Origin: Nemertoderma westbladi
Lineage: Eukaryota; Animalia; Xenacoelomorpha
Direction of reading: 5' to 3'
NCBI GenBank assembly: GCA_032718475.1
Contig: JAUCBJ010007059.1
Coordinates: forward strand, 1 to 45,857
DNA: 45,857 bases
In this document: positions 1 to 10,745 of the stretch, in pieces
Layout: each line of letters begins with the position of its first letter
How positions within the stretch are numbered: the first letter of the stretch is position 1
Program-made: the position numbers and the translations under genes
Notes under the pieces: generated by a model
Databases searched by the model: none
Seen by the model: only the letters and a program-made list of their open reading frames with translations
What the model was told of the DNA's origin: nothing

Positions 1-295
1 CCCTCTCGTGCCGTCGCACTCAAGAAGTGTGAAATTGTCTGGTGTCTCGTCCATAGTGCCATAGTCAGTTATCCCCCAGTCCCAGTAGCTAATTGAGAAA
101 GGTTGTATGACTATAGTACTTACTCCGAACGTATATATTTCTAGATTACTAATTACTACGTACGTACATACAAATTGCACTTATATGATTATTTTGCATT
201 AATTAAATTTGTACTTAATAGTTCGTACATCCCACGCGGCGCCTTCCAGGCGTACCACGTCCAAGTCCCAGTCTCTCTCCCTCGGCTCTGGGAAC

Positions 296-2845
296 CTATC
301 TGTTGCTCCGGGGGTAGTTCCCCCTGGCGTCCTCCTCCCTGGGTCGTTTCTTGGTTATCACCGTTCCTCTGGCATCATCCGCTTTCTGCTTTCGGACCTT
401 CGCCGCCACTTCCTTGCTGATCCCGGTCGTTGGCTCCTTGGGCGCTGGTGTTATTAGTGCCCGATATCGCTTCGCCGGTGGCCCCTCAGAATGGCCCGGT
501 TGTCTCCCTCTAGTGGCGTCCCATAGGATCATTTTCATTGCCTTTGGTACGTGCTCCGCCAAGAAATCCCTAAACTCCCTTCGGTTCTCTGGCGTCCACC
601 TGTCCAGATACCTTTGCGTGTTCATCACTCCAGCGTACGACGCCGCCGTTGCTACCTCTTGGTAGGTAAACGGTAGCCTCCGCTTTATGATTTCCATGTG
701 AGTCTCCTGATTGATAAGGAAGAAACCCCACTTGAACTCCTGGGCCTTCATGCGCTGGCGCGTCATGGCCCCGACGTCGGCCCACTCCTCGAATCTTGTG
801 AACTTCTCCTCGTCGTTCATCCAGTCGCACTCGCGTCCGTAGTGTCCCCGAAAGTGGCACTTTGGACATCGGTTATGCAACCGTGGACACGCCCCCATCC
901 TGTGGCTTGGTTCTCTGCAGTAGAGACAAAAGGTTCCCTTTTGGAACCGGTATAGGCAGCTGCTTTCCCGATGGGTCTGTCTCCCACAGTAGTCGCAGCC
1001 GAGTACCAATGTCTCCCGTCCCACCTCGTCTTTCGTCCCAAGCGATCTCCGCGGTCTGTGGAGTAGCTGGTAGGCGAACTTCTCTACGTTGGTCTCTCTA
1101 TCTACGTCGATCTCTCCGCCCCTCTCGGGCATCGTCTCCCCGAATACTATCCGTGGTGCCGTCCCCGGTTGCTCGCCCAACCTGATGGTGCTCCCCGCGA
1201 AATCCATCGCCGGCTCCTCGTGCACCCAGGTCCGCTTGCCGGATCTGTTCCAGAAGGCCCTCGCCCCACTGGCCGTCACCACCCTTCCGCCAACCCAGTC
1301 CGTGTCCGAGTGGCCTATCCTCTCGATGGGCGGCATCTCTCCGAACTCGTCGTCGTCGTCCTCCTCTTCTGGTAGTGTCTCCAATCCCGGTATCCCGATG
1401 GATCCACTATGTCCCTTCCCTCCTTGGCTCTCGCCCGTAGCTCTCCATCCCTCTAGCTCCCTTAACTTCCTTGGCGGTTGGTCGCCCTCGGCGCCCGCTG
1501 GTATGGGCATCGTTCGCAACCCCGACGTCGACTGTTTCGGCGATCCCACCGTCCATCCCAATTCTCGCCCTAGAGACTCCCCCGAACTCCCTGACGAAGT
1601 CCAATGAAGTTTGTCTAGGCCCGCCTGTTCCTCGAAGCCGTAACTCTGTGTCCTGGCCTCCTCTTCCCTCTCCTCTGCTTCTATCCTCTCCCGTCTAGCG
1701 ACTTCTTCCAGTCGCTTTGCTTCTCGTCTATCCGTCTCTAGCTGCTCCCATCTCTGATACGGTGTATCTGTCTCCCCGTCTACCAGATGTCGGCTGTTGT
1801 AGTACACCGACTCGCCCTTCGGCCCCAGGTGGTCTACCAGACCGTCAAAGGCCACTTTAAAGGCTCTCCTGTAGCTTAGGGGTGATCCCGATAACAGAAA
1901 TGCCCCTGGTTCCCTCTCGATAATCACGGTCATGAATAAGTTAAGCAAACTTATCATCATCCAGTCCTCCTGCAGGATATATCGCTTCTGATATACCTTT
2001 ATCGCTCCCCTGCGGAACTGATATACCTCCTGCTTTCCCGGTCTCGCTCCCCACTTTAGCGAGTTCGCTAGTTCTGCTCCGTATTCTTCCCTAAACTTCC
2101 CCCAGTCCATCGGTTTGTGGCATACGAGCCCCAATAATTGGCCCATCGCCACCGCCCCGCATTGGCCTGTGTTTTCGACTACCCCCAATCCATCCGGTGC
2201 CGTCATAGCCATAAAGACTTTCTGCATATCCAGGAGGTTGGTGGCGTCCGGACCGATGATCCTCTCCGCGTCCTCGCGAATCGCCGATCCCACTTTCGTC
2301 GTCGACTTCTCTCTTACTAAGACTTGTACCGCTTTCGGTAATCGGTCTAATTTCGGCCCGTCCTTCTTCCCATACGTCCCTAGGTCGAATAAGAAGATGT
2401 CCCTATTTGGCGCGGCCAAATGTAGGAGTATGGTCCTGGCCAACCCTGCCGTTCCTCGTCTCGAACCCGCCTCGTCTTCCACGGTTCCCTCGTCATCTAG
2501 GATCATATATCCTCCTCTGTTGACGGACTCTATGAATCTCTTCCAGTCCTTCCTCGGTGATTCCCTCGGGTATTTTGGAATCCCGAACTTCGCCTCGTCC
2601 CCTTTCACCACGTAGTGGAAGTGTTGGAAGATTGCGTTGTCCAGCGACGGGGTCCCGTAGGTCCCGACCAGCCGCTGTTCGTGCGCCTCCCGGAAGTGAT
2701 CCTGCAGCGCTCGTGCCGCGTGACCCCTTTCCAACCTCTCGTAGTATCCTCTCGTCTTCTCTTCCGGATGCCTCTCGGTGAAATCCACCAGTATCTCCTT
2801 TCCTCCTGACTCCGCCTTTCTCTTTCTGATCAACTTACTCGCCAT
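296..2845 (-). CDS. 849-aa ORF3: DEDDy (RNase D/WRN-exo/MUT-7-like) 3'-5' exonuclease domain, charged linker, three CCHC zinc knuckles
   Basis: Uninterrupted ORF. ExoI-like ILDDEG (~2486-2505), ILLHLA, FLFDL, LP...LV.....KVGSAIRED (ExoII, ~2270-2296), NLLDM, MGQLLG...HK, Q.RYILQED (ExoIII-like, ~1964-1982). CX2CX4HX4C x3: CDYCGRQTHRESSC, CLYCREPSHRMGAC, CPKCHFRGHYGREC (827-997). No signal peptide or clear TM anchor. Confidence 0.8.
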   Translation of the reverse strand: MASKLIRKRKAESGGKEILVDFTERHPEEKTRGYYERLERGHAARALQDHFREAHEQRLVGTYGTPSLDNAIFQHFHYVVKGDEAKFGIPKYPRESPRKDWKRFIESVNRGGYMILDDEGTVEDEAGSRRGTAGLARTILLHLAAPNRDIFLFDLGTYGKKDGPKLDRLPKAVQVLVREKSTTKVGSAIREDAERIIGPDATNLLDMQKVFMAMTAPDGLGVVENTGQCGAVAMGQLLGLVCHKPMDWGKFREEYGAELANSLKWGARPGKQEVYQFRRGAIKVYQKRYILQEDWMMISLLNLFMTVIIEREPGAFLLSGSPLSYRRAFKVAFDGLVDHLGPKGESVYYNSRHLVDGETDTPYQRWEQLETDRREAKRLEEVARRERIEAEEREEEARTQSYGFEEQAGLDKLHWTSSGSSGESLGRELGWTVGSPKQSTSGLRTMPIPAGAEGDQPPRKLRELEGWRATGESQGGKGHSGSIGIPGLETLPEEEDDDDEFGEMPPIERIGHSDTDWVGGRVVTASGARAFWNRSGKRTWVHEEPAMDFAGSTIRLGEQPGTAPRIVFGETMPERGGEIDVDRETNVEKFAYQLLHRPRRSLGTKDEVGRETLVLGCDYCGRQTHRESSCLYRFQKGTFCLYCREPSHRMGACPRLHNRCPKCHFRGHYGRECDWMNDEEKFTRFEEWADVGAMTRQRMKAQEFKWGFFLINQETHMEIIKRRLPFTYQEVATAASYAGVMNTQRYLDRWTPENRREFRDFLAEHVPKAMKMILWDATRGRQPGHSEGPPAKRYRALITPAPKEPTTGISKEVAAKVRKQKADDARGTVITKKRPREEDARGNYPRSNR

Positions 2846-3093
2846 TCCGAACGTTCACTCGCTCACCTGCAAGGTGGTGCCTTACCAAGGCGCAATACAG
2901 ATGAGTGATGTATCTAGGATGTTCTGTACAGTTCGATAATGGCCTATTTCCTACTTAACTGCGCCTTTTAACCTAAATTATTCCTAATTAATTTTGAAGC
3001 TAGTAAATGAGCGTAATTTACAATTTCTGTCCGTTACTTTTATTATGTTCCAGAACAACTTCCCTTGTGTTGCCACTATTCTACAACTTTCAG

Positions 3094-3167
3094 CCCTATT
3101 CTATTTATTTATCCATTTACTTTGATTCTACCCTATTCTATTTATTTATCCATTTACTTTGATTCTA
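3094..3167. repeat. Exact 37-bp tandem duplication
   Basis: ccctattctatttatttatccatttactttgattcta occurs twice, at 3094-3130 and 3131-3167. Confidence 0.9.
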
Positions 3168-3359
3168 CTGTCCTACTACTTACTACTGCCTATGGATTAC
3201 TCTATTCTCTAATCCACATTCTGGCCTACTCTGTGGGTCTATGCAGTACAGCAGTGTGCGTCGTGTGGCCACACGATTTATCCAGCTGTACTCATATGCC
3301 CCCCTCTCTCTACTAACTGCTAACTAATACCTATATCTATATCCCCTTTTACCTCTTAC

Positions 3360-4030
3360 TCTCTCTCTTCTAACTAACGGTACTTACGTACCCTCTAACT
3401 CTCTAACTAACTATCGGTACTACGTACCCTCTAACTCTCTAACTAACTATCGGTACTACGTACCCTCTAACTCTCTAACTAACTATCGGTACTACGTACC
3501 CTCTAACTCTCTAACTAACTATCGGTGCTACGTACCCTCTAACTCTAACTAACTAGCGGTACTACGTACCCTCTAACTCTCTAACTAACTATCGGTACTT
3601 ACGTACCCTCTAACTCTCTAACTAATTATCGGTACTACGTACCCTCTAACTCTCTAACTAACTATCGGTACTACGTACCCTCTAACTCTCTAACTAACTA
3701 TCGGTACTACGTACCCTCTAACTCTCTAACTAGCGGTACTACGTACCCTCTAACTCTCTGACTAACTAACGGTACTTACATACCCTCTAACTAACTCTCT
3801 AACTGGCAGTACTACGTACCGCCTAACTAACTAACTAACGGTACTTACGTACCCTCTAACTAACTCTCTGACTGGCGGTACTACGTACCTCCTAACTAAC
3901 TAACTAACTAACGGTACTTACGTACCCTCTAACTAACTCTCTGACTGGCGGTACTATGTACCTTCTAACTAACTAACTAACTAGGTACTACGTACCTTCT
4001 TACTAACTCTCTGCCTACTAACTGCGTACC
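3360..4030. repeat. Tandem array of ~18 x ~36-bp units, each with a GGTAC-(T)TAC-GTACC mini-hairpin
   Basis: Unit ctctaactaactatcggtactacgtaccctctaact. GGTAC and GTACC are reverse complements. Units vary mainly in the number of taac/ctct sub-repeats. Confidence 0.95.
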
Positions 4031-4147
4031 TACCATGTACTATTTTTTATTTTATTTTTATTATTTTGTTTGTGGGAAGGGCGTCTCGCCCTCAATCCCA
4101 CCCCCCTCAGTCCAAAACTTGGACGACTAAACTTTTCTCTAACTTTG

Positions 4148-5134
4148 CTAAGGTGCCCCTTCTAATAGACAGCATTTACCTACAGCTCTCCTGTAGGTTT
4201 TTCTGTCCTTCGCACCTATCTTTCCACCTATCCGCACTTCTACCGATCGGACTCTTCCGTCCTCGTCGGAGTAGGTGCCTACAACTCTCGCCAACCGCCA
4301 TTGGTTGTTGATGATAGTATCATCCGTGACGATTACGAGATCTCCTACTCTTAACTCCCTGTTCAGCTTCCTCCACTTGCTTCGCTTATGGAGTGTGGGT
4401 AGGTATTCCTCGACCCACCTCCTCCAATACTCTGCGCTTATTGCTTTAGCGACTTTCCAACTTTGGCGGGAGTGTATGTTGTCTGGGTCTACACCCCGCA
4501 TATCGATGGTCGCTGGCCTTTCCATTAGGAAATGGCTAGGCGTTAGCACGTCTAGTGACTCAGGGTCATCATTCTCCGGGTATAGCGGTCTGCTATTAAT
4601 GACCCCCTCGCACTTCGCAAGTACTGTACGTAAGACGTCCTCAGTGACCATGTGGGTGTTCATTAGCTTCGTCATTAGACGCTTTGAACTGCCCACCAGT
4701 CTCTCGACGCATCCTAGTGTATGTGGTGCATACGGCGTCCTTCTCTCCCACTTTACTTGTCGTCGTCTCATGGCTGCCCTGACTTCTTCCCCCTCCAAGA
4801 TGTCCAAGGCCTCTGCCATCTCACTCTCTGCGCCCACAAAGTTGGTGCCGTTGTCGCTGTATATCACTGCGATCGTCCCACCTTTGCGGTCCCTAAACCT
4901 TTCTAAGGCGTTAATGAACGCTGATGCGGTTGCATCCTGGGCGAGTTCTATCCCTACCGCCCGTGTGTTGTTGCATACGAAGATAATGCCGTAGCGTTTC
5001 TCCGTGTGTCGCATCACTCTGATCTTTATCGGCCCGAACATGTCCACACCGCAATGCGTAAATGGCGGGTCGTGCTGTCTTACCCTACTCGCCGGTAGTG
5101 GCGCCATCTCCTGTACGGCTCGCTCCTTCTTCGC
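4148..5134 (-). pseudogene. BEL/Pao integrase catalytic core and C-terminal (DUF5641-like) domain, separated from the rest of pol by an in-frame TGA at 5135-5137
   Basis: DDE motifs GVDMFGP, YSDNGTNF, GCVERLV; NSRPL, LTPSHFL, WRLARV. Same frame as ORF 5135-10159: CQTCR*AKKERAVQEMAPLP. Confidence 0.92.
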
Positions 5135-8100
5135 TCATCGGCAGGTCTGGCACTGCCCCACTACCGCTTTAACCTTCTTCCTTAATTGTTTGACCCAATA
5201 GGTCCTCCTTATCTCTGTGAGGGTTCGGTTGGTGCCCCCATGCAATATCGATTTGTGGGAGTCCCATATAATCTGGTGGACTATTGGCGATCCTGTAGGA
5301 ATGATGATGGGTTTCGGTGGTACGACTATGCTATTGTTGTATCCCACCCTAGAATTCATTACTAGAATCCCGTCGTCATTGAGTTGTGGCGACAGCGTAA
5401 TCAGCTCGCTGTCCCGTCGGAGGTGCTGTTGGTTACCGACGTGTTCCACCTCGTCGCCGTAGTTCTTCCGTTGTTCATAGCGGATCACTGCCTTGGCCGC
5501 TCCTTCCAGATCTATGGTTGTCCTGATCTTCTTGTCCTTACCGACTCCCGCAAGGAAATTCCCGAAGGCTCTCCAGTACGCCACTAGTTTCTTGGTCTTA
5601 TACCAACTAGCACTGTAGCTGAGGAGTTTATCCGTCGGGTTATCGCACAGTTCCCTTCCTGGTTGCACGTCCCTAATCTCCCTCACCATCTGGGAGTATA
5701 TCTCTTCTCCCTCTGAATCTCCATCTTCTCCTTCTGATACTACTTCCGAGCCCGGGTCCACCTTCCTCATCGGCGGCCAGGCCTCCCTATCGCTCAGAAA
5801 TTGTGGCCCATGTTGCCACAATACTTCCTTCTTCAGGAAAGTGTGGCGTTCCACGCCCCTCGACAGCAAGTCCGCTGGGTTCTCGTCTGTTGGGCAGTAG
5901 TGCCACCTTTCCAGTTCTGTGCTCGCCCTTATTTCGTCCACTCTATTCGCGACGAATATCGGGTATCTCGTCCTTTCGTTGTGTAGCCAACCAAGCACTA
6001 CCATGGAGTCCGTCCAGTAGTGTGTCTCCACTATGTTGGGAATAGTATCCACTAGGTAGGCTGTGGCTCTTACTCCTAGTCTCGCAGCTGTCAATTCTAA
6101 CTTGGGAACTGATGCTGAATCTGGCGGCGTTGACTTTGCTTTGCTAAAGGCTAGTCTTGGCTTATGAGCCCCCTCTCGTTGTACTAAGTAGAGTGCCGCT
6201 CCGTACGCTTCCAACGACGCGTCGGAGAACATGTGTAGGTCCAGATTCGTCATGTTCCCATCCGGGAAATACACCCTTGGCATGTTGTATGTCCCCATCT
6301 TCTCCAAGTTTCCTGTCCACTTGCTCCACTGTTTCTTGATTTCCTCTGGTACCTCTACGTCCCACTCATCTTTCAATTTGTATACTCTCTTGAGTATCTG
6401 TTTCCCCGTGACTAATAATGGGGATGCTAGGCCTAGGGGATCGTATATCCTTGCTATATATGATACATAGCCCCTCTTCGTGTGGATGTCTGCGCCCTCC
6501 TGGCTCAGCTGATACTTCAGTTCGTCTGTCTTTCTATCCCACACGATTCCCAATGCCTTCTGCTGAGATTCTGTTCTCTTAATTGCCATGTCCTGCCCTT
6601 TGGCTGTTGTGGGATTATCCATGGTCGATTCTGGTTTCCTGTCCTCTATGGCTTTGATAAATTCTTCCGAACTGGATTGGAATTTGGTCAGGTTAAAGCT
6701 GGATCCCTTTAGGATGTCGCGAACCTCGCGCCCCGTATCCAGTATCTCCTTAACCGTATTTCCAGACTCCATTCCGTCGTCTACGTAGAAACCGCGTCGA
6801 ATCATATCGACGGCCCTACTGCTGTATCTATCTTCCTTCCCCTTTACTGTGTCTCTCACTGCCATAGTCGTCGTAAATGAAGACGACTTGGCCCCCATGT
6901 TCTGTACTATCATCTTATATGCTGGTATTATCGGCGGTTCTTCTTCGCCGTTATACCATAAGAAGCGTTGACTGTCGCTATCTTCTTCCGTTACACGGAC
7001 TTGGTTGAACATGCCTTCTATGTCACACGTGAAGGCGTGTTTCCCATTTCGAAATCTAAGTAACACCTCTATGCCCGAATTGTAAATGTTTGGGCCTTCT
7101 AACAGGTAATCGTTTAAGCATTTTCCGTCAGTCTTTGCCGATGCGTCGACTACCATCCTTAGTTTACCTTTCTTTGGATCTAAAGCCACGTGCAGTGGCA
7201 GGTAATATATCCTATCCGTGTTCGGCTCGTCGACCGGTAACTCCACGGCCCATCCTTTGTCAACGTACTTCTTAATTGTTCTGTGGATGTACTCATTCTT
7301 CTCGGGGCTCCGTTTTAGTGTTTGTTTCAGCTTGCGGAGCCTCGTGAGTACCATCCCCCTATTGTCGGGCAGCGGTATCTTCGGTAGTTTCCATACCATT
7401 CCTATAGTATACCGCCCCTCATCGCATGTCATCGATTCCTCCACGCTTTGTAAAGCCTGCTTGTCTTCCACCGAGGTCCCGACCCCGGTTTCTTTCAGTC
7501 CCTCGAAATCCTGTCTGAGCAGTCTTTTAAGCTGCTCCTCTGCTCCCTCGTCACTCATTTCCTGCATTGTTCCCACGAACATGCATCCTGATGTCTCCGA
7601 CATCCTAAATGGTATCTTGCTCTTGATTGGACCACTCAGCGTCCACCCGAATGGTGTTAATATGGCCACTGGGTCACTCTGCTTGTCTTCGCCGAAGACC
7701 GTTTGCATTCTTTCGTGGGCCGTTGGGCAGTCCATACCTACTATGATGGATACCTTCCTAACGTCCACGTCTGGGATTGAGAAGTCAATGTTGTCCAGGA
7801 ATTTATACTGCTCGACCTCGATGTTGGTTGGCCGCCTGGCATTGATATTAATTGACTCTATCACTTGAATGGGGTCGATGGTTGCCCCATAGTCGCATCC
7901 TGGTGCCACTGCTGCAATTGCGCACCGTCCTGTTCTCATCTCCAGGATCTCATCTTTGCTAGAGATGGTTGTTATCGCCATCCTGCTTGGCCTCGTTCTC
8001 AATCCTATCTCCTCGGCCACCCATTCCTCGACTAATGTGAAGGCAGCTCCACTATCAACCAGCATTAGTGTTGTTACTGATCGATTGCCTTCCCCGATCA

Positions 8101-10237
8101 CTCGTACTGGTACTACTCCAAGTAGCACCGTTCCTCTCTTCTTCGCCCCTACTGTGCTCATCGCCATCGTTTGGCCTCTCCTTTGACCAAATTTCATTGG
8201 CTTCTCCTTGCACTCTCTTGCTCTATGTCCACTCATTACACATCGCGAGCAGATTTTATTGCTGAACGCATAGTCTATCTGATCTTGCTTAGGTAGCGCC
8301 TGCCAGTACCTGCAGTTCATAGTTTGATGAAGCGCATTTGCGTGTAGCTGACATTTGCTCTTTGGGTCGTAGCCCTCTTTATACAGTGCATTGCGTATCG
8401 CATTTGCGTTCGTACCAAAGTCCCTACTATTCTTATTGTTTGGGTTTTGCCTATTGGACGTACTGGGGTTATGTTTATTCGTGTTATTATTGTTTCCCTG
8501 TCCGTTCCATGATGTTGTCTTATCCTCGGCTAGCTGTGGACTTGCAGTCCCCTGCGTCGCTGCATATGGCAATGATTGCCTGAGTCTCGTTAATGCGTTC
8601 GATGTGTTGTGCTCTGGTTTCGGTCTATGGTAGTCTGTCTTCGGTCCCTTTCCCAGGCTGTCTTCGCTATAGACTGGGTCAGTTATTAGTTCAGCCTCGT
8701 AGTTTAAGAAGTTTGACATTTCTTCTAAACCCGGTTCCGCACCCTTCTTATCTCGAGTGGAGAAGGCGATTTTCCTCCACTTGTTGCGCAGCCAGTTTGG
8801 TAGTGCCTGCGCTATCGTGGTGATGTTGTTGGACGCATTGAGCTCGTACGGCGCGTCTAGCGTCTTCAGCACGATTAGCGCCTTTTCGACTTTGTTAGCG
8901 AACGTCTTAATGCTAACGGGATTATCCTGTAGGCCACCCGATGTTATGCCTCTCAGCGTCTGCCTGATGATCTTGGCCGGGTGCCCGTATTCCCTATCCA
9001 GTGCCCGCCATGCTGTCGTGAAGCCGCCCTCTATTCCTTGATATTGCCTCACGATGTCGTATGCTGGGCCTCCCGTGTACACTTGTAGATACTTTAGGCA
9101 CTCCGCCTGCGTCAAGTTTTTTGTTAGTATTTCGTTACTATACATGCGCCGAAACTGTAGATATTCTTCCGGCCTGCTCCCATCGAATTTGAATGGTTCC
9201 ACAGGTGGTAACTCGATCCTCGTTTTCAACGCATCGATCAACGTGGCCATCCCCATCGCCTGCGCTTCCAATGGATTCGATGGGTGCTGCATACTTTCTC
9301 CTGTCTGGTGCGTTCCGTCTGTCCTATTTCTTGACTTTCTCTGACTTGGGTATGTCATCGGGGGTAGCGGCCCCCTCCATATGTCTGTATCACACGACCT
9401 ATTCTCATCCAAGGGTCTCGTTGTTCTTGCCCCTATCGGGGTATATTGTTGATATTGTGATGGGGGAATGTCACCCTGTCCCCCCCCCCCCACCGGTATG
9501 TTTGGTACTGGTGTTGATGTTAATATGTTGGGGCCCATGCACCTATCCGCAATAATTCCCCCCTCCCCTGGGTATATGTTATGTCCCTGCATGCTGTAGT
9601 CATACTGCTGTGCTGGTACCGGTATAGGCCTATCAGCTTCTGGCCTACCCGCCGGTATGTATTCCGCGACTTCCGGGTTTAATCCCGTTGTCCACGCTAT
9701 CCTATCGCCTACATTGCCTCTCTCAGTATGGCCTATAGTATGTGCAGTAAGGCCTACAGTATGTCCTACAGTCTGCATGTGTTGTTCGGGATCGAAGTTT
9801 ATTCTTCTCGAATAATCCTCCCCGCGGCTACCGTATTCTCGATCGATAGGTATATTCCGTCGGAAAGTTTCTCTTCGACCCCCCTCTCTACTGTTCTCAT
9901 CTTCGTACCGGTACATCGCGTACCCCTCTCTCGGCGCGTAGTGCGCCTCGCCGGGTCGCATCTCTCCGGGGCGACGGCAATCTCCCGGAGTCCGACCCCA
10001 CTGACTCTCCATTCTCATCTCAACTACCGACGGCTCGCTATCCGTCCTCGCTCTTCTATCGTTCGCGGCGATACCTCTACTACTCTCTTCTCTTCTTCTC
10101 CTTTCAGTGGAGTATTCCCGCTCGTGAGATCTCTCGTCGACCTCCCGGTTAAACCCCACTGTTCTTCTTCCCTCTTCTGATCGGGCTCGACGCTTCGTCC
10201 GCCCTCTTACGACGTCAACCTGTCTCTCTCTGCTCGG
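5135..10237 (-). pseudogene. BEL/Pao gag-pol main segment (DUF1759-like Gag, zinc knuckles, aspartic protease, RT, RNase H, integrase HHCC)
   Basis: FDGS.PEEY..F, CQLH...H....C, CSRCVMSGHRAREC, LVDSGA, YYLPLH, R.VVDAS, DIEGMFNQV, FYVDDG, FSDAS, H...HGG...CQTC. The frame is open from the TGA at 10238-10240 to the TGA at 5135-5137. Confidence 0.95.
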
Positions 10238-10532
10238 TCATACGCCGCTGGGGATACTCGCAATCCCCCTATTACTTTCCGTCGCCGGTTGTTGCGGTTT
10301 ACCTATTTCGGCCCGCGCATTATCCGCTGACGGCTGTGGGACACTCTCTGCCCCCCCCCCTTTCGCCGCTAACTCGCTGTTGTGGGGTTCTCGTAGCCCC
10401 CCCCCCCCCCCCCCCCCCGACTCGCCACATCTAACTTCGCTACTCCTCACCCCGCTACTATATCCCTCTCCAGTCGACACATCAAGCCTACCACTGTCGG
10501 GTCTATTCACCCCCGCCTCTCCCTCTGCTATT

Positions 10533-10745
10533 GCGTGGCCTACCAGGCCCTCGCTGGGTCTACCTAACCCAACTATTCCCTGCCTACCAACTACGTGGCC
10601 TACCAGGCCCTCGCTGGGTCTACCTAGCCCAGCTACTCCCTTCCTACCAACTACGTGGCCTACCAGGCCCTCGCTGGGTCTACCTAGCCCAGCTACTCCC
10701 TGCCTACCAACTACGTGGCCTACCAGGCCCTCGTCTGCCTGGCCA
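10533..10745 (-). repeat. 60-bp (20-aa) coding tandem repeat, ~3.5 copies
   Basis: EGLVGHVVGR(Q/K)G(V/I)(A/V)GLGRPS repeated in the ORF translation. Confidence 0.9.

Noticed and set aside
296-2845. ORF3 as an envelope glycoprotein or as a second gag
   Set aside because: No signal peptide, C-terminal TM anchor or cysteine-rich ectodomain. The knuckles accompany exonuclease motifs rather than a capsid domain, and no pol follows within the window.
3360-4030. CRISPR-like appearance: 36-bp palindromic repeats next to a nuclease gene
   Set aside because: Units are head-to-tail with no unique spacers, there are no cas genes, and the context is a eukaryotic retrotransposon.
5135-5137. Programmed readthrough or selenocysteine at the in-frame TGA codons
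   Set aside because: The stops are not at a gag/pol boundary (one is inside integrase), and CGA>TGA mutation is the simpler explanation.
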